A stretch of 64,000 nt of DNA. Origin: Hemiscyllium ocellatum. Lineage: Eukaryota. Positions 59,870-64,000 of this stretch are shown here, in pieces. The notes under the pieces were generated by a model. That model ran no database searches. It was not told the origin of the DNA and saw only the letters and a program-made list of their open reading frames with translations. Numbering within the stretch: the stretch's first letter is position 1; every line of letters starts with the position of its first letter. Position numbers and translations under genes: made by a program. The stretch lies in contig NW_026869259.1 of NCBI RefSeq assembly GCF_020745735.1, positions 62,001 to 126,000 of the forward strand, given 5' to 3'.

Positions 59870-62800
59870 AGAAATAGGAGCAGAAATCAGCCATTCAGCC
59901 CATTGAATCTGCTCTGCCATTTGATCTTGGCAGATATGCTTCTCACCCCAACCCCCTGCCTACTCCACAGAAACGTTTGATCCCCTTAATAATCACAAAC
60001 CTATCTATCTCTGTCTTTAATACACTCAGTGCCTTGGCTTCCACTGCCCTCTGTAACAATGTGTTCCACAGATTCACCACCCTCTTGCTGAAGAAATTCC
60101 TCTTCATCTCAGCTCGAAAGAGTCGGCCCTTCGTTCTGAGGCTGTCCCTTGGTTATCGAATCTCTCCTGTTTTTGAAAACATCTTTTCTGCATCCACTCT
60201 ATCCAGGCCGATCAGTATTCTGTAAATTTCAATAAGATCCCTCCTCATCCTTCTAAACTCCATTGAGTACAGACCCAGAGTCCTCAACCGTGCCTGATAT
60301 GACAATCCCTTCATCCCCAGGATCATTCTTGTAAACCCCTCCACTGCCAACAATTTTTTTCTTAGAATATGGGTCCCAAATCTGTTCACAACATTCCAAA
60401 TGCAGTCTGACTAGAGCCTTACACAGCCTCAGTTGTACATCTCTGCTCTTGTATTCTGGCCCTATTGAAATGAATGGTATCATTTCATTTGCCTTCCCAA
60501 GCACAAACTGCACCTGCCTGTTAACATTAAGAGAAACCTGAATGAGGTTTGTGCTTTAGATTTCCAAAGGCTTTTCTCATTTAGCAAACAGTTTTTGTAT
60601 TACTTCTTCCTAACAAAGTGCATAACCCAAAGTGTGTAACACATTGCATTCTATCTGTCATTTCTTTTCCCACTCTCCGAGCCTAACGAGGAGCTTTTTC
60701 AGTCTTCCCACTTCTTCAACACTACCTGTCCCTCCACCTATCTCATGTCACCTGCAAACATAGCAACAATGTCTTCACTTCCTTCATCCAGATTGTTCAT
60801 GTATAACGTGAATAGTTATGGTCCCAACGTTGACACCTGTAAAACTCTACTCGTCACCAGCGACCATTGTTCCTCACTCTCTGCTTTAAGCCTACATGTC
60901 CATCCTCAGTCCTTGCCAGTACATTGCCCCTAACACTATGGGCTCTTATTTTATGTCAAAAGCCTTCAAGAAAATCCAAATAGATTACTTCCTCAGACTC
61001 TCTTTTGTCTGACTGGCTCATTGCCTCCTCAAAGAATTCTAACAGATTTGCCAGGCAGGACCTCCCCTTGATGAAGCCGTGTTGACTCTGCCCTATTTTC
61101 CCATTGCACTTCCAAGTCCTCTGCAATTTCATCCTTAAATTGAAGTCTAAAACCTTACCAAAAATAGTTCAGTCTAACTGGCCTGTAATTTCCCATCTTC
61201 CAACTCCCTCCCTTCTGAAACAGGGCTGTTACTGGAGTAATTTTCTATTTCCTTGCCCCCACCAAATCCCTCCCCACCGTCACACCCCGACTCCATTGAT
61301 TCCTGAAAGATCATCACCAATGCCTCCACAATCTCCTTCAGAACACACTGATGAAGTTCACCCAGTCTGGGTGAGTTATCCACATTCAGACCTTCCAGCT
61401 TCCCCAGTACCTCCTCCTTAGTGATGGCCACTACACGCCCCCCTGCCCCCTGACAGTCTTAAAGTAGTGGTATGCTGCTGGTGTTTTCCATGGTGCAGAC
61501 TAATGCAAATTATCTATTCAATTCCTTTGCAATTTCTATTATTCTTTCTCTAACCTCATTTTCCGGTGATCCAATGTCTATTTTTGCCTCCATCTTCCTT
61601 TTTATATATCTGATAAAACTCTTAAAATCTTCTTTTGTATTACTGGCGCGCTTACCCCCACATTTCACCTTCCCCATCCTTAATGCTTTTATCATTGCCC
61701 TCGACATGTTTTTAAGGACTTCCTAATCCTCTGGCTTCCCACTATTCTCCACCATATTGTGTGCCTTTTCTTTTGCTTTTATGCTGTCCTTGACCTCTCC
61801 CATCAGCCATGGTTGCCTTGTTCTCCCCTTGGTATGTTTCTTCTTTTTTAGGATGAATTCCTGCTCTGTTTCCTGAATTACCCCCAGAAACTCTGCTGTT
61901 TGCTGTCCCACCATCTTACCTGCTCTGCTCCCCTTCCAACCAACTCTGGCCAGCTCCTTCCTCATGTATTTGCAGTTACCTTTACTCAACTGAAATACTG
62001 TTCCATCTGATTGCAGCTTCTCCCTCTCAAACTACAGGGGGAATTCTATCATATTATGGTCATTTATCCACAGGGATACTTTCACCTTAAACTCACTCAT
62101 CATGTTTGCCTCAATACACATCACTGAATCCAGACCTGCCTGTTCCATAATGGCTCAAGCACAAGCTGCTCCAAAATCCATCTCGTCGACATTCTATGAA
62201 ACCTTTCCTTGAGATACACTACCCAGTCCACCTATCCATTGAAGTCTGCCCTGACATTTTCTGTCTCCTGACTGATTTCCTTCCCCACACCCTGATTACT
62301 GCTTGGAGACCTGGACATAACTTGCATCAGATTCTTTATTTATTGCAGTTCCTCAGCTCTACCCACACAGATTCTACACCTTCTGACTCTACATCACTTC
62401 TTGCTATTGATTTAATTTCATTTCTCACTAACAAGGCAACTCTTCCCCCTCTGCCCATCTGCCGGTCCTTTTGATGGGACATGTATCCTTGGATATTTAG
62501 TTCCCAGCATGGATCGCCTTACAGCCATGTCTCTGTGATACCCACAACATTGTACCTGCCAGTTTCAATCTGCACTACAAGCTCATTGTGTATATTGTGT
62601 GCATTAAAGTACAACACCCCCAGTCCTGCATTGACTGCCCTCCTTCTCATCATTGTCCCCTTATTTGCTGTGCTTTATGTTCGATTCCTGATCCTTTCTG
62701 TACTCTCTGTCCTTTTACATCTTCTAGAAACTTGAATAACCTTTCCTGAGCCGTCCTCCACTTTAACTAGTTTAAATTCCTTAGAAACTCAATTTACCTC
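59870..62800 (-). mobile_element. Decayed CR1-type LINE ORF2 fragments
   Basis: ORFs 60153..60389, 60253..60513, 61174..61431, 61510..61707 and 61723..61989 are all CR1 ORF2-like pieces. Confidence 0.78.
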
Positions 62801-63239
62801 AATGTGTGGCATCACTTTTACTCCCTTACTCGGAATGCTTTGTGCATTTAGATACAACCTCTTTAATATTGTACTATTATTGATTTTCCATGCACTTTGA
62901 TGTTCAAAACTTCCATCCCTTTCTTTTATTTTTTGGTAACAATCAATCCCATCACTAACCAGCAATCCTACCTTCTCCTTTACCTTCCATTTTCTCATTT
63001 TCCATCCAACCGAACCAAATTACTTTCTCTTTGGGTTGAGTTCAGGACAATAGTTATCGTTGAGCCAACATCATTATTGCTGTTTGATGTCATTGCTTCT
63101 AGTGGGATCTTGCTGTGCAGAAACTGGCTGCCACGTTACTGACATTGCAACAGTGACTGCTTGTCAAACAAAACTGTCTGTAAATGTCTTTCAGAGAGCC
63201 AAAAATGTTAAGGGCTGGATTGAAATACAATTAGAGTCA

Positions 63240-63900
63240 GAGGGATGGACAGCACAGAATCCGACCCTTTGGTCCAATTTGTCCATGCTGATCAGATATC
63301 TGAAATTAATCCAGTCCCATTTGCCAGCATGTGGCCCATATCCCTCTAAACTCTTCCTATTTACATACCCATGCCTTTTAAATGTTGTAATTGTCCCAGC
63401 CTTCACCACCTCCTCTGGCAGCTCATTCCATACATTTAACACCCTCTGAATGAAAACGTTGTCCCTTAGGTCCATTCTAAATCTTTCCCGTCACCTTCAG
63501 CCTATGCCCTCCAGTTCTGGACTCCCCAACTCTGGAGAAAAGATCTTCTCTATTCACCCTATCTATGCCGCTCATGATTTTATAAACCTCTATACGGTCA
63601 CCCATCAACCTGCAATGATCCAGGGAAAACAGCCTCAGCCTATTCAGCCTCTCCCTTTTGCACAAACCCTCCGACCTTGGCAACATCATTGTAAATCTTT
63701 TCTGAACCATTTTAAGTTCCAAAACATTTTTCCTGTAGCAGGGAGACCAGAATTGCACACAGTATTCCAAAAGTGCCCTAACCAATGTCCTGTACAGCCA
63801 CAACAGCTCCCAACTCCAATAATCAATGCACTGCCTAATAAAGGAAAGCAAAGCAAATGACTTTGTCACTACCCTACCTACCTGCAACTTCATCTTCAAG
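63240..63900 (-). mobile_element. CR1/HER1 3' fragment
   Basis: ORF 63477..63962: LYRTLVRALLEYCVQFWSP...GDRIEVYKIM. Confidence 0.88.
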
Positions 63901-64000
63901 GAACTATTCTTCATTTTTTCGATGAACTGAGAGTCTTTCAGTTGTGAAAGATGCCATTCCACGGCACTATTGGATGAAGAGCAGGCAGTTCCCCCTGGTG

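Noticed and set aside
61503-61510. Perfect octamer ATGCAAAT downstream of the joined gene
   Set aside because: It is embedded in a CR1 ORF2 fragment with no supporting context; likely chance.

Overview
Eukaryotic, repeat-rich genomic DNA from a shark (elasmobranch), judged from HE1-type SINEs, CR1/HER1 LINEs and a nurse-shark-NS4-like immunoglobulin sequence; a carpet/bamboo shark is plausible but not provable here. The only host genes I can support are two immunoglobulin kappa-type light-chain genes pointing away from each other about 51 kb apart. The left gene (minus strand, 3111-4465) is an unrearranged cluster: promoter, leader, V, 12-bp RSS, about 0.6 kb spacer with an assembly gap, 23-bp RSS, J. 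The right gene (plus strand, 55361-56082) has V and J already fused in frame in the genome with no RSS left, i.e. germline-joined. No constant exon is visible in the window. The two genes sit in the arms of a large, diverged inverted duplication. Between them lie a third, V-less copy of the upstream block (about 25.7-32.6 kb), a smaller nested palindrome (about 39-44 kb) and many decayed CR1, L2-like, Penelope, Gypsy and SINE fragments. The most unusual signals are: (1) the joined gene's CDR3 reads like an out-of-frame join rescued by a 1-nt deletion; (2) the two promoters differ reciprocally (octamer versus PU.1/TGACGTGG motifs); (3) the split V has a rewritten FR3 (HV4) loop and lacks Asp82; (4) a conserved antisense exon-like element with lone RSS heptamers lies just downstream of both J segments. 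All alignments and counts were done by eye, and TE boundaries are approximate.
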